Below, in pieces: positions 12,441 through 26,177 of a DNA stretch of 64,000 nucleotides (positions within the stretch are counted from its first letter, which is position 1; each line of letters begins with the position of its first letter). The notes under the pieces were generated by a model. It was given only the letters and a program-made list of their open reading frames with translations. It was not told the DNA's origin and ran no database searches. This DNA comes from Chiloscyllium plagiosum. Lineage: Eukaryota. The translations under genes were made by a program, and so were the position numbers. Location of the stretch: the NCBI RefSeq assembly GCF_004010195.1, contig NC_057717.1:101843060-101907059 (forward strand). Direction: 5' to 3'.

Positions 12441-12800
12441 GATGTTTTAACTTTGCCTTTAATTCAGGCTGGGAAGAGAGAGGATTGATCAGCAGTCTCT
12501 TTGTTAATTTCCTTTTTGTTTCTCCACTCACTTGGTCCGGTCTCTTGTTCTATGTTTGAATTTGATTACAGAAACTGCTCTCTATATGAATGGTGTGCCT
12601 GGCATCCTTTAAACTGTAAACATTTCTCCAGTCCCCTGGTTAATTCCAAACTGCGATTTACCCTGCGCTGCGCAATCCCGCGTCACCGACACCAGTCCGC
12701 CTCAGAGACAGCTCAACTGCGCCTCACTGCAGTATCACACTAACACAGCAAGCGCCCTGTCTGCAATCAGTCTGCAGCAAGGTGTACACGGCTGGTGTTG
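12441..12800 (-). promoter_or_regulatory. 5' UTR / proximal promoter of the TRIP10-like gene
   Basis: Repeat-free stretch upstream of the ATG with a local CpG cluster (ctgcgctgcgcaatcccgcgtcaccgac, 12663-12720). TSS not determined. Confidence 0.45.
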
Positions 12801-13859
12801 TTAAAGGGACACCCTCACACTAACACACTTGGGCCTCCTGGCTCAGAGGTAAGGCACTGCCACTGTCAAATGAGCCCACGCCACATAAAAGACAAATATT
12901 CACAAACATCACCTGCATCATGAAATCTTCTGAATTAATACTGACAGCAAGGTCAGAGAGGAATTCTCCCTGAGTATATTTTTCCCTCATCCCCCACAAT
13001 GGGGTTTGGGTGTACCCCTGTTTTGACTTGCTATTCCCAGGAAATTGCTTGGCTGTGGGTGGGGGAAGACATAACAGACTGTCTGGTCTCAGTGTTAGTT
13101 AGTCCTTTCTACCTTGTTAATTTTCAATTTTCTTACTCAGTTCTGCTGTGCTAAATGGAAACCAAACTGTGGAAGTTGCAGAAATCTGAAATAGCCTTCT
13201 CACTTTCAGTAGAATCAGTATCTTTCGATCATCTCTGTGAAAACCTTTCCAGATTTTAGACATCTCTCTTCAATCCCTCTAACCTTCGCCTCTCCAAGGA
13301 GATCAAATCTAATGTCTGCTGAAAGGTCATTGACCTGAACAGTTTCTGTCTCCACAGGTATTTTCTGAGTTGCTGATTATTTCGAGCATTTTCTGTTTTT
13401 ATTCCAATTAAAAATCTCTGCAGACAACCAAAAGCTTTCGTTGCTTGTTAAATCTCTGCTGCACTCTCTCCAAAGACTTAACATCCTTTTTAAAGTGCAC
13501 GGGTGCAAGGGAAAGTGACAGCTCATGAATTCTCCCATCATTGATGGGCTTTCGTTTCTGTTCACAATCCCGGCAGTCCACCTCAGTGTGGATTATACAC
13601 AACATCCCAACAGTGTCAGGAATGCAAGTGACACTCTGTGGTTGTTATACCTGCCTAGCTGTCATGATAATCTACATACTTTCCTTAATTATAACTCAGA
13701 AGAAGTGGAAAGTAGCTTATAAGTTGCCTATATGTTGCAGATACAGTAGGATAGACTGTAGACTTGATTATGGTCTAACATTGCCACAAAGAACAACATC
13801 AAAACAGTGTACAGAGTAATTTCTCACAATGCATAGACAAGTAAACTTTAATATAAATA

Positions 13860-14110
13860 GTCACAAGATGTTGAAAGGACGTCCAATTTGGTAGGGGTGT
13901 GCAGAACAGACTTACCAAGATGGTTCCAGGGATAAGGGATTTTAGTTACAAGGTTAGGTTGGAGAAGCTTGGTTTGTTTTTTTCGAACAAAGGGAGACCT
14001 GATAGAGGTGTACAAGATTGTGATAAGCTGAGAAAGGGTGGACAAAGACACAAATTTCCCATCAATCGAAGGTACAATGACTCGGCACCACAGATTTAAA
14101 TTTTTGGGTG
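13860..14110 (+). mobile_element. Old CR1 LINE fragment
   Basis: ORF 13899 QNRLTKMVPGIRDFSYKVRLEKLGLF is CR1 ORF2-like. Confidence 0.7.
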
Positions 14111-16575
14111 AAGATATGTTTGAGGTGGAGAAATATGTGAGAGAGATAGAGACAATTGATAATTGGTAATTGCATAAATGTTGAGTCAAGATAAACAGGT
14201 GAAAAGAATTCAATATTTGAACAAATATAGTTCTTTGAGGAAGAATTAACCAACCTTTTCAGATATGGAGTAGGTGGGATTTGAATCTGGACCCTCTGGT
14301 CCAGAGGTCAGGACACTACCACTGCACCAGAAAATCACTTTTGAGCAAACAGGAAGAGATATTGACTGACAGTGGAATTGAAAGAAAGATTGGGAGCTAT
14401 ATAAATCGAAACTGAGCAAAGATTGACTTTGCTTCCTCTCCTTCACCGAATGGTTGTTACAAGATTAACAGTAATGACGAGGAAATCAATTCCACAGTCT
14501 CATATTCTGGAGCTGTGTTGCAAAAGGAAATGCCATGGGTGTTTGAGGGAAATAAACCCACAGGTCTATGGATATACAGTTGGAGATTAGGACTGATTGG
14601 ATCAGTCTACAGACAGCCATCATGGATTTGACGCAGTTATGACCCTGCGACATTACACAGGGAATCCAGAAGGAACTTTTAACTACCGCGTGGTAAGAAT
14701 GTCAGCAATTGGATAAAAAGAATTGCAGTTCGTAGGAATACATTAGAAGAGACTAGTGTGAAGACTGGAACAAGTCAGTAAGTCGTCTATTTTGAACAAA
14801 TGATAACAGAAGGTAATAGATGTAATCCTGAAGACAGAGGATGGCTGAGGTTCAAGTCCTGCTACAGGAGATGGTGGAATTTGAACTCAATAAAAAATCT
14901 GAAACTAAGAGTCTAGTGATGATCATAAATCCACTGCCAATTGTCAGGAAAATCCATCTGGTTCACTAATGTCCTTGAGGGAAGGAAACTGTTATCCTTA
15001 CCTGGTGTGGCCTACATACCATTCCAGACTACATCGGATGCTACCTGAGGCAGGAAAACCTCACAATCTGTAGAATTGGTTGGGTGGGCATTTGAAATGT
15101 CATAGCATTCAAGGTTATAGGACAAATGTTGGAAAGTGGGATGAGTGTACATAGGTCAGCATAGATACAATGGACTGAAGGGTCTCTTCTGTGTTGTATG
15201 ACTCCATGGTTGCAGAAGAGCCATGCTGGCTGTGTGAGCATAAGTTGTAGGAGTGGACGTAGGTCATTCAGCCCATTGAATTTTCTCCAATATTCACTGA
15301 GATTGTGGCTTAGGATGGCACAAAACAAACAAATGTGACATTTCATTACAGCAAGGGTTTTTGTGGCACATTGGTACCTCTGAACCAGGAGGTCTAGGTT
15401 CAAGTCCTGCATGCTCTAGAAATGTGTCATAACATCTCTGAATAGGTTGATGAGAAGGTAACTATTTCTTGGTCAGTACAGTTACAAGCAGCAGCCACAG
15501 GTGAGAATGGGAAGTATGTAAAATGTTCGATGGTATAATTTCTATGTCAGCAGATCAATAATCCCTTAGCTTTATACTAATGAATCAGCAATGAGTTCAA
15601 ATAGGGAGCAGCTGGGGAATTTAACTTCAATTAATTAAATCAATCTGGAATAACAAAAGTCATATTAGACATGATGGCCATGAAACTATCACATCTTTGT
15701 CAAAAAACAAACCCACCTAACCAACATTTTGGGGGGGGGGGGGCAAGAAGATCTAAATCCTAGCATGGTTGGTGTAATGCACATCTGAAATTAACCTCAA
15801 TAGGCATTGCACAGTTATTTGGCTGCATTGCGGGTAACAGCTCATTACAGATTAGCGTAAGATTTGTTTTGGGTTCCCCAGCAAGTAAATGCAACAAAAC
15901 CATTTAGTCCAGCACAAGGACAGTTTCAGGTGGTGAGGAGCTGGCTGAGATTACAGGGCTAGTATAATCATTGGCTTGTAGTCCTTAGGCAAAAGGGAGG
16001 AGGTTTTACCATCTCTGACTGTTAATGCTGGAATGTACACGTGTATGAATTTTCATTGTTGTCCCAAAAGCAAAATAGTCTGCCTGGCCTCTCACACACA
16101 CAATATAAAGAGTTGGTATATCATAAACAGCATTTTTGAGCTATGATGTACAATAATTAGTACTTCCACAGATATGCTTGGAATTTATTGTAAGTATCAT
16201 TCAGTATTTCATGCACAGAATATAATCAGTTTAATATGTGCTGATTGCTGCACGCCATCCAGCATTGATTGTTCAACATATGTTTAAATAAACCCAGAAA
16301 ACTATGAGGATGTATTCAAAAGGAACTTCACAGTCTGTATACCTAATGCCATCTAATGGTGTGCAGTTATAGTGCACTCATTCACGAGAATCCAGTTCCT
16401 TCAGACATACAACTTCCAGATCTTTCTCACAGCACACATTTGGTTTAATTTATAAATATTCCTATCGCCCTCTATGGCCAGATTCATATACAATAGGTAC
16501 CCATGATCCTCGGGGAGAGGTCATTGCTTGCATAAGCCTGGGCAGTAAGCATAAGTAGACTTGTTGACTACAAAG

Positions 16576-17310
16576 TGAAATAACTCCAGAGAGGCTGGTA
16601 TCTCCAAGTCACCCTTTGCTTACACGTGGATATTGTTATTGGGAGGATAACCCTTTACTTCCTTGACACTGAGAGTTGGCTCTGAGGGAGCTGTATCAGA
16701 GTGAACAGGTCCTCTGATACTCCTGTTTGTAATAAACCTGTTGGACTATAACCTGGTGTTGTTGATTTTTAACTTCATGTACCCCAGTCCGGGCACTTCC
16801 AAATCCTGTTTTTTTCTGAGAAGATTCTAAATCTCCTATTTTTAAAAAAATATTTTAACCCCCACACTACTGCCTAACTGTAGTAGTGCTTATATTTTCC
16901 CTAGAACCCATGTTGTGTGTGTGCAGATATAGGATACAATGAGAAACAACACAAATACAAATCTTTATTCAATTTCCACCACCAGGAAGAAAGGAAACAC
17001 CCAAGTGGCCAGTGACAAGCAGTGCCCTTCTCAGAGGGCAATGCTCCAAATCCTGTTTATTTTTTTCGTGTAGGTGTGAGACACAGTGAAAGACACAAGG
17101 TGCATGAATCTTTATTCAAATTTCCACCACCAGGAAGAAAGGAAACACCCAAGTCGCCTGTGACAAGCACTGCCCATCTCAGAGGGCAATGCTCCAAATC
17201 CTGTTTATATCTGTCAGCCAAGGCTCCCTGATTGGGGCTGTTTACCTGGTTCAATCGGGGAACTCATATTCTATGAGTTCCACCTGGCTGGCCTCGTTAC
17301 AATCACTATA
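16576..17310 (-). mobile_element. 3' LTR of a Gypsy element, expanded by nested insertions
   Basis: On the minus strand a polypurine tract (ggaggaggga, 17311-17320) precedes TATAGTGATTGTAACG...; the LTR ends ...ggagttatttCA at 16576. Collinear with the solo LTR at 59666-59889 once the inserts at ~16730-17205 are removed. Confidence 0.7.
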
Positions 17311-19700
17311 TCCCTCCTCCTCTGAGTCCAAGGACATAGGCCGGTTCTTTGTTTTGTAATTCAGCCTGGGGCATTCCAGCACCAGGTCAGGTTCCTCTGA
17401 CCTTGCCTCTGATATGGGCAGCGTGTAACACACAGGAGCTCACCTCTTGCACCTGGAGAGTCTTGGAAAAAACTCACTCTTTTTCAGGTGGCAAAGAGGT
17501 TGAGGCAGCAACACCCACTGTGTCTATCTCAGATATTGAGGTAACTTCAACGCTCAACCCCACGGGTTTTGGAACAGTCAGAAAGATTTTTGAGGAGTTG
17601 GGCACATTTTGCTCCCACTCCATTTGCACCTTTCACATGGACCACCTGCTTGCTCAGGACTATCGCAGCTACCCTAAACTTTACATGTCACTGGATCTGA
17701 TCTTGGGTCAACCACACCTCTTTCCCATTCCTTGGTTCCTACACCAAACTTCGTACACTGAAGTAAACCGTCTCCCTCACTTAGCAGAGTTGTGTGCTTG
17801 GCGTTGGCGTTTCTAATGCAGTTTCATCCTCCTCAGGTCCAGGAAAATCAGATTTAACTTGGTGCGGAGTCTTCACCCCATTAGCAACTCTGCTGGAGCT
17901 CTCCCTGTAGTTGCATGAGGAGTGGTCCTATAATCAAAAAGGAACCAGGACAGTTTGGTATGTTGTGAGGGTGTAGGCTGTTTCTTTAAACCTGCCTTTG
18001 GACTGCTCTTTCTGCCAGGCCATTGGATGATGATGTTACGGAGCTATCCTTACATGTCAAACCCATACGACCAGTAAACGATGGCCCATTATCTGTGACC
18101 CACACTTCTGGGAGTCAGTGTTTTACACAAGATGCACATAGGTTTTCTATCGCCATCCCTGTGTTTGAAAATGAACTCTACACACATCCTATCACTTTGA
18201 GTGAGCATCCACAATGACTAAGAACATTGACCCCATGAAAGAACTTGCATAGTTGGTGGTACCGAGTCCAGGGTTTAGCTGGCCATTGCCACTAATGTGG
18301 GGGAGCTGCTGGCAGTAATTTTTGTCCTGGTTGGCGCTCTGGGCACTGCCCCTCCAATCCAGCTACATCTGCATCCAATCCTGGCCACCAGGCATACCTT
18401 CTCGCCAACAGCTTCATTTCAGAAGTCCCGGGTTGATGCTGGCGGAGTTCAACCAATATCTGGCAGCAACCTTTGCTCGAGACAGTCATTCCTCCTCCTG
18501 ATAACAATATCCATCCTCTACTCTGATCTGGTCTTGCCAGGTCCACAAAGGTTTCAGTTTTTGTTGTGATGGCCCTTTGGTTTCCCCCATCCACCACCAG
18601 CTGTTTCAGTTTTGCCAGAAGTGGACCTTTCTGTATCCAAAGTCGATATCATCAGCTCTAACCCGAAGTGTGCGCAGAAAATCTAAAACATCATGGACTC
18701 TTCCAGTGGCAGTACCACTGGTGGGGCATCTGCGTTTGCTACATGTACTCCTGGATGGTGTTCCAACTTATAATTCTACACACTTTATGTTACAGCTTAC
18801 TGCTAAATGCGGCCTGAAGCTATGGGTGGCACTGCCTTGTCCTCTTTAAGTAAATCTAGCAGGGGTACGTGGCCTGTTATTACAAATTTACTTCCACTAA
18901 AGGTATGGGTGGAACTTCCTGATTACAAACCAAACCCTCCATCTCTATTTGGGTGCACTTATGGTCTGCATTAGCCAAAGTCCTGTATGCATACATTATT
19001 GGGCGTTCCTCTCCATTGGGCCACTCATGAGCTAATACTACCCCAGTGGAGTACAGGGGAACCTCGCATGTCAATACCACAATCTCACTTGGGATTGTAG
19101 CTTGCCAACACCTTCGAGGATGATAACTGTTTCTTCATATCCTTGAAAGTGATGGCTTGACCACACAACCAATTCCAAGGCTTGATTTAGAGATGCTGGC
19201 ATTTGACTGGGGTGTACAAAGTTAAAAATCACACAACACCAGGTTATAGTCCAACAGGTTTAATTGGGAGCACTAGCTTTCAGAGCACTGCTCACAACCA
19301 CCTGATGAAGAAGCGACACTCCAAAAGCTAGTGGTTGCAATTAAATCTGTTGGACTAAACCTGATGTTGTGTGATTTTTAACTTATTGCTAAGGCTAACC
19401 CTCTTTTGAATTGATGCAAAGATGCCAGGATAGAGGCCAGATTGTGCATGAACTCTCTGTAATAATTAACCAGCTCAAGGAGAGACCTAAGCTCTGGTAC
19501 AGATGTGGGAGCGAGGGCACCTTTGATCACCATCACTTTATCTTCCAATAGGTGTAACCCTGTCTTGTTGACTCTGTAGCCCAAGTAGGTCACATGAAGT
19601 GGCTGGAACACACATTGTTCTCTTCGAAGGCATATGCCTACCTGGGAGAAATATCTAAGGACTGTGTCCAAGCTCATTAAGTGCTCCTTATTGATCTTCC
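17311..19700 (-). pseudogene. Decayed Gypsy/Ty3 pol (RT - RNase H - integrase), 5'-truncated
   Basis: Frameshifted fragments: RT VLRYFSQVGICLRREQCVF..VTYLGY..APTSVPELRSLLELVNYY (19378-19677); RNase H GVVLAH..GEERPIMYAYRTL..TQIEMEGL (18880-19080); integrase zinc-finger region HPGTSEMKLLARRYAWWPGLDADV-like (18292-18597). RT-RH-IN order indicates Gypsy. Confidence 0.85.
19195..19385. mobile_element. Palindromic Penelope-type element (family A) inserted in the Gypsy pol
   Basis: aaaatcacacaacaccaggttatagtccaacaggttta ... taaatctgttggactaaacctgatgttgtgtgattttt inverted arms; hammerhead-like core at 19295-19337. Confidence 0.65.
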
Positions 19701-20821
19701 CTGTTCCAAGCGGAGTAGTTGGTGGCTTGAAGGGAAACTTGCATGTGGTGGTGGCGTTCTCTCATGTCCTCCTCAGGGGTAGAGGCTATCAATTGGAGCC
19801 TTACGCTCTCCATACTCCTCACTTGTGGCGCTCATTGCACTATGTGTTGGCTGATCAGAGCGAAAAGGTTGGAATGCAAGAAACTCCCTGGCACCTACAG
19901 GGGCAGGGATACTCCGAAAGCAAGAGTAAACTCTCAATAGCTGTCTTGAGAAATCAGTAAACTCAGCACTAGGGATTCCAACTGGAAACTGTCTGGTCAG
20001 CACAGCAGGGCTAAATGTTGCTCTTAGCAGCTGAGATTTAGGAGCTACCTGCTGCTTATAATGAAAAACCAAAAGAAAAATAAAATCGGCTCCCCTGTAA
20101 TTTCTGTAAACTTAGATGGAAATTAAAACATTGACAAGGATTAATTATAGCCTTCCGGTTAATTCCCATTGCTTACTGAAACATTCAATGATTTAGAAGT
20201 CAATTAAAAGGCATAAAAACAATTTGAAATGGAATTATAGTTTTGACATGACGTTTAAAATAGCTAGTTTCCTCTGCTGTACTTCAGTGGAACTTAAAAG
20301 CAGGTTGTACCAGCTACAAAATAAGTCTTTTCCTCTGGGTGTTTGAGTTCCGCTTAATGAGGGGTAAAGACTGCTTAACATTTTTAATTTCCACCACTAT
20401 CATTATCCTTCCGATATCAAGGGTGCAGTGTTACAAGTGAGACTGTCGACAGGTACTGTCCCACCCACAGATACAGGTACTGTTCTCCCTTGGTTACAGG
20501 TAGCCTTGAATGCTGCCTAATTAGCACAAAATGTAGACCTAGTCTCCTTCAGGGAAGGGAGCCTTCACAACTCTTAATGGGCCCAGCAAACCATAATGTT
20601 TTCTGAAAGAAATCCAGCATCCCCCATCAACCCAACAAAGGAAATGCAAACCTTGCCAGCAATGCTCCCCTTCAGATAGCAAATTAAGGACAAGCATGAC
20701 TCAGCATCACAAGAAACAATTCAGAAATGCTCTTGTTACAAAAGGAAAGATAGAATGTAATTAAACACTAATGAAAAGCTGCAAAAATGTGTTACAGACA
20801 CAAAAGAATGTCTACTTCACT

Positions 20822-20827
20822 TTTATT
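20822..20827 (-). promoter_or_regulatory. Candidate polyadenylation signal (AATAAA) of DR1
   Basis: tttatt on the plus strand, ~400 nt downstream of the DR1 stop, in repeat-free AT-rich sequence. Confidence 0.45.
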
Positions 20828-21230
20828 TTTCATTACTGTAAACAAGGCAACTTCATCTTCAATTACCTAACACATTAATGAAACCCACAAAATACATGTT
20901 CAACAGGAACATTTATCTGTTTAATACATCACTCCAATTAACCAAAAGCTCACATGTATAAAAATCCATGTTATGGCCTGAAGATCCTGATTGTATATTG
21001 TCCATCTCAGACCATGTCACTTTTTAAATCCAGCAAGTCTGAAGTCCAAAGAGAGAAACCATGTTATTTTTCCTCCCATTTTAGGCTGGTCTATTAAAAT
21101 TCCACAGCTGGCACTTCAGTCTCCAGTTGTGGACATGAGCAGATGTCCACTGATGACCATCTACGCTGCCACTGTGAACATGGCAGGACACGGGTAGATG
21201 GAAGGGGAATGAGACATCCTGAATTGTGTT

Positions 21231-21368
21231 CTAGGTGTCCTCCTCCTCTTCCTCGTCCTGCGAGGAGCCAGCCTTGTTGGCGGTTGCTGCTGCGAGCTGT
21301 GCCTGCTGAGCAGCTTGTTGCATCTGTAACCATTCTTGCTGTGCCAGTTCTGCCTGCTGCTGGCGAGC
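21231..21368 (-). CDS. DR1: DR1 (NC2-beta) last coding exon
   Basis: tttcccctcag|GCT CGC CAG...: ARQQQAELAQQEWLQMQQAAQQAQLAAATANKAGSSQDEEEEEDT*, matching the QA-rich and acidic C-terminus of DR1; phase 0 fits the upstream exon. Confidence 0.95.
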   Translation of the reverse strand, partial: ARQQQAELAQQEWLQMQQAAQQAQLAAATANKAGSSQDEEEEEDT

Positions 21369-22539
21369 CTGAGGGGAAATGGAGAAAGTCAGGCTGGGGT
21401 TCAAAGCAAATCTCCCTAGTGGGTGGGACAGGAATCTTGTTTGGGTGTTGGGGGGGGGGGGGCGGGAGAAGAGTGAGAGAGATTTTGCTCCATATTTAAC
21501 TCAACCCTCCTTGACACAAATAACATTGACGAGAAACCTATTGAAATTGCCACTCTAGCATGCATCCAGTTTGGTTGTGATGTGTACTTTAGGGACTTAA
21601 GTGATTTATTACACAGACAGAGTATGCAGTCTACAAGGAGGCAATACTTTCCAGATAGAACTTACAAAGCAGCCTCCATCTTCACCTTAGGGACAACTCT
21701 AAATTTGAGTATTCCTCTCAATTCCTTGTCACTGTTCTCATTCAATTAACTTGTGTTAAGATGAAATTTCACTAGTGCCGTATCTTCAAGTTGTCAGCCA
21801 TGGGTCAGTGTGAAGCACTCTCTCTTGCCTCAGTTACAGGTGAGGGTATCAAATCCCAATCGCGGATGGACATCTGCAAATGCTGGATGAGCACGCAGAC
21901 TGAAATTCTTTCATAACAGTGACAGCTCACTTTCACAATTCAGAATACCAGAGAAGCTCAACCTGTTCAACAGGTACAAATCTGTGACAGTGAGAGGGGC
22001 AGATTGATTTTGGGGCTCCTTATTTTGGTTACAGTGAGTAACTTCAACATGGGGGGGGGGGGGGGGGGAGGGGGCAGGAAACGACACATATCAGTAATGT
22101 CTCAAGTTGAAACCTTGGTCTGTGGCATGTTTTCCAATTCCAGCACGATTGGTAGTTGGGGCACAACTGATTCTCTCAGCACGTTTACCCAGTAGCTCCT
22201 CATCACTGCTAATGTCCTCCTGGGAAGTGTTAACTATGTGAGCTGAACTATGTGCTGGCAATCACTTTCTACTTTGTGCTATTATTACCTTCAGCCTTAC
22301 CATCAAAATACTCTTCTTGCTAGTTTTTAAAAGTAATATTCTGTCAAAATGCCATGACTCAAGCTTTGTTCTTGCCTTTGAAATGATTCCATGATTTTCT
22401 TGACCCCAAGAAACTAATTACAAAATTCCAACCAACTCCCTTCATGATTTCACTCAAGCCTACCACATCCATCTTCCTCAACTTTAAATCTTTGTTAAAC
22501 CCTCTGCTACTTTGACATCATTCACTTCTTGGCAGAGGT

Positions 22540-22705
22540 GGGTACTGCAGATGCTGGAGATTAGAGTGGTGCTGGAAATGCACAGCAGGTAAGACATCAT
22601 TCGAGGAGCAGGAAAATCAACTTTTCGGGCAAAAGTCCTTTATCAGGATTTTCATGCTCCTTGGATGCTGCCTGACCTACGGTGCATTTCCAGCACCACT
22701 CTAAT
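22540..22705. mobile_element. Palindromic Penelope-type element (family B)
   Basis: tgcagatgctggagattagagtggtgctggaaatgcac ... gtgcatttccagcaccactctaatc inverted arms. Confidence 0.65.
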
Positions 22706-25700
22706 CATGGCAGCCCCCCACCATCCACTTCTTGCCTGTTCTAAATCCTGGATTAAACACTTTTGAAGGGAAGCTAGATAGGTACCTGCAAACGGAAGAA
22801 AATGCTGACACAATGACCGAGAGGAGTTAAGGATGGGAGGGCACTTACATACAACATGAATACCAATATGGACCAGCTGTGCCAAATGGCCTACATCTGT
22901 ACAGCACGTTCTTTTTAAACCCTATAATCTGGGAGTTTCTTCCAAACTTTACCTGCCTGATAGTTTTGTTTTGTTTTCGAACCCTCCATTTGTTTTGATC
23001 AAGCCATTGGCTTCCCGTGGCCCCAATCATTTTTCTGATTTCTCCTCCTCGCTCACTCAGCATCCAGCCTTCTGTAATGTTTGGACGTTGTTTCAAGGAA
23101 CTGACAGTCAACCGAGGAAGAAGTCAACAGCTAGGGGTGCAAAGCGTTGTGCTGTAAGTTGCTCAACATGGCTGGACCAAACCAGCTGGAAGGTGTGGAG
23201 TTGGAGGAAGCAAGGCTGGAAAATGCAGTGAGTAGTCAGCCCTCACACCTACCTCCCAACAACTAACGACAATAAGCTGCCTTGCACATAGGAACCTTAT
23301 CTGGGAAATGGTGTGTAGCATATCAATCTAAATTCGGTAAGGAAACAAGTTAATTAAATTTGTTTTGCAACTTTTTTTTTTAAAAGCTGCAAAATCATTT
23401 AGAAAAGTGTTTGACCTGATTTCCAGCACCATGGATCACAGCTGACACTACTATTGTGATTTAAAACACACTGTTGTCTTACCCTATAGATATATGGTCA
23501 TCTAAATAATATGGAAGCAAGAAACAGTTTGCCGCATTGATAACGGCTTGTGGACTCCAGAGAGTCTGGCTGCTAAGTAAAAAATAGAGTTAAAAGGAAA
23601 CTGTAGACAGATAATGGCCATAATCAGAATCTAGAATACCACTGTTTGGGTGCACTTCAGAGCTTGCTGCAGTGTTTAAAGTTTGATAATTTTGTATTTC
23701 ACGTTTTGAGAAGAAATAATCTTTGCTTAATTTTTACTTGATTATCTGACATTCAATCCTGGATGGGTAGAAATATCCTCTGGCTAAATACTAGAGACCA
23801 AAGGAATGAACTTTGATTCAAGTTCCGGCTCTTGTTCCGTATACACAGCCTCTCACCTGCTCCCTGTCACTGTGACTGAACCAGACCATTTACAGCCTGG
23901 CCCTATTTGACTCCAAGATAGACTTCTGACGGCAAATTCATTCCATCAAAATTAATTTCTTTCACTTCCAATATCTTAACCAAATGCATCCCCTGCTTTA
24001 ATTCATCTACGTCATTGCTGTTAAACTGGACTAATCCAGGAGGTGATAGATAGGTTCTTGATTGTCAAGGGGATCAAGGGTTAGGGGGAAAAAGCAGGAG
24101 AATGGAGTTGAGGAACGTGTCAACCATGGTTAAATGGCGGAGCAGACTTGATGGGCTGAATGGCCTAATTTCTGCTCCTATGTCTTATAGTCGCACTGAA
24201 TATCTTGTACCCATAATTGTATGAAATTGTTCTGCTTCATCAAGTCAAAGCCCTACTGCTGATATTCCAACTTGACTATTCACCTATCACCCCTTGCCTT
24301 GCTCATCTATGTTGACCTGAAAATCTTGCACCATTCAGTTCACTGTCGTTCTCTGATCAAGAGAAAGCTGGCAGAGACTGCTGGTCCACACTAGGCGATG
24401 CTTAATACAGTTAACCACCACAACGCAAACCATTGCCTTACAAAACAGAAAGCAGGTGAGTAAGCAGTCATTTAAAATGTTTCACTCCATTGCAATTCTG
24501 AAACGCCTCCAGTCTCACAACTCTCCAATAGCTTTGTGCTCCTCCAATTCTGGTCTTCTCTACATCCAACTTCATTGCCCAACTGGTGGCCTTCAGCTGC
24601 CCCAGTCCCAAACACAGAAAATCACGTTGACTGACAAAAAAAACTCACATATTGGTTGCAATCACCCCTCCAGCACCTCATTTATCCACTCCATGATGGC
24701 CTGTTCAATCCAGCAACTGCCCAACTTCCATCTCAGCGCTCAATTTGAAGCAACCTTCTTGAGCAAGATCTAACAGCAAATATCCTTAGCATCGAGAAAT
24801 GGGAAACATCAGAGGTCAATACGAAGTTGCTTGTGATAAATCCAATCTGTCAGTGGCAGGTTATGAACTATCATGGCAAGAGTGGCTCATGCTAAACAGT
24901 TGAGGGTAAGAAAGCTAAGTCTACCATTGGGGCCCCAGTACAATCACCTTATCCACATGTGGAGAGACACAAACAATACTATGCATTACTGAGGAGTGTT
25001 CCTGCTAAAGATTGAGAGGTGGTCTAATCACCTTAAACTCAACAAATGAGGCTATTGTTCGGCTTCAGGGATTTGCACCTCATATCTAAACAAATATCTC
25101 TCTATTCAACTCTTTTAAGATGTTTCTTGGCTAAGTTTTTGGTCACTTTATCCTCATGTGGCTGGATGTCAAATTTTCTTTAAACACTCCACTAAAATGC
25201 TTCAATATGTTATATTAGCTAACGTAGCTGTATAATGCAGATTCTTGGTGAGTAACTTTCTTCCCAATAAAATCCCTGACACTTGTGTAGAGGAGCTCAA
25301 ACAAAATGAGGAATTTTGGATGTTTTGAAGGATTGGGAACTGGCATTGTTCTCCAGGAATCAGAGAAGAATCACAAAGTTCTAATGCTCAACTTTATGAG
25401 AAGATTTATTTGAGTAATTCCTGAGAAACTGTTGGCACTCGGAGGGAGGTCACCAACCAGAGAACACAGAGTTAAATTAATAAACAAAGAACCAGAGGTG
25501 ATGGAAGATATTTTCTTCTTAAAAGGCACTGAGTTTCGATTTGGAATGCAGAGACTGAAATGGTACTGGAAGCAGATTCTTTGGTAACTTTCAAAGGGAA
25601 TTAGATAAACACTCAAAAACAGAAACTTGTGGGGCTGTACGATAAGAGCAGAAGAGTAGGACTAAATTATTTCAATGAGCCAGCCCAGGCATGATGAGCT

Positions 25701-26177
25701 AAATTCCTGTGATGTGTAATTGTATTAAGTACTTCTCTTTCACCATGTCAAAATGAATCCAGCCAGGACAATCCATTCAGTTGTCCCAGTAGTTTCAAAA
25801 AAATGAGACAACAGTCATGATGGAGTTGAGAGAGACACACACACACACACACAGCCTCTCCACAAAATGGGGCATTTCAAGTCATCATATTTCCTCAAAA
25901 GTCTCTTAATGATGGACTTTGCCTTCAGTGATAATCAAGGCAAGAAGTCTAGATGAATTCTGTATAATGCCTCTTGTATCAATTTTGGTTACGAGGCAGG
26001 TGAAATAAAGAACAATTGATTAACAGTCAAACTCAGATTTTACAGTCTACCTATAAGGTGAACGCAAGTGGGGCTGAGTGTGGTATAGTTGGTTATAAGC
26101 TCCAATTTTGAAAAACTGGGGGCAACTTACTTGAAAAGTAGTGACACATGTCAAAAATATTGAGCAAGTTTCCTTAC

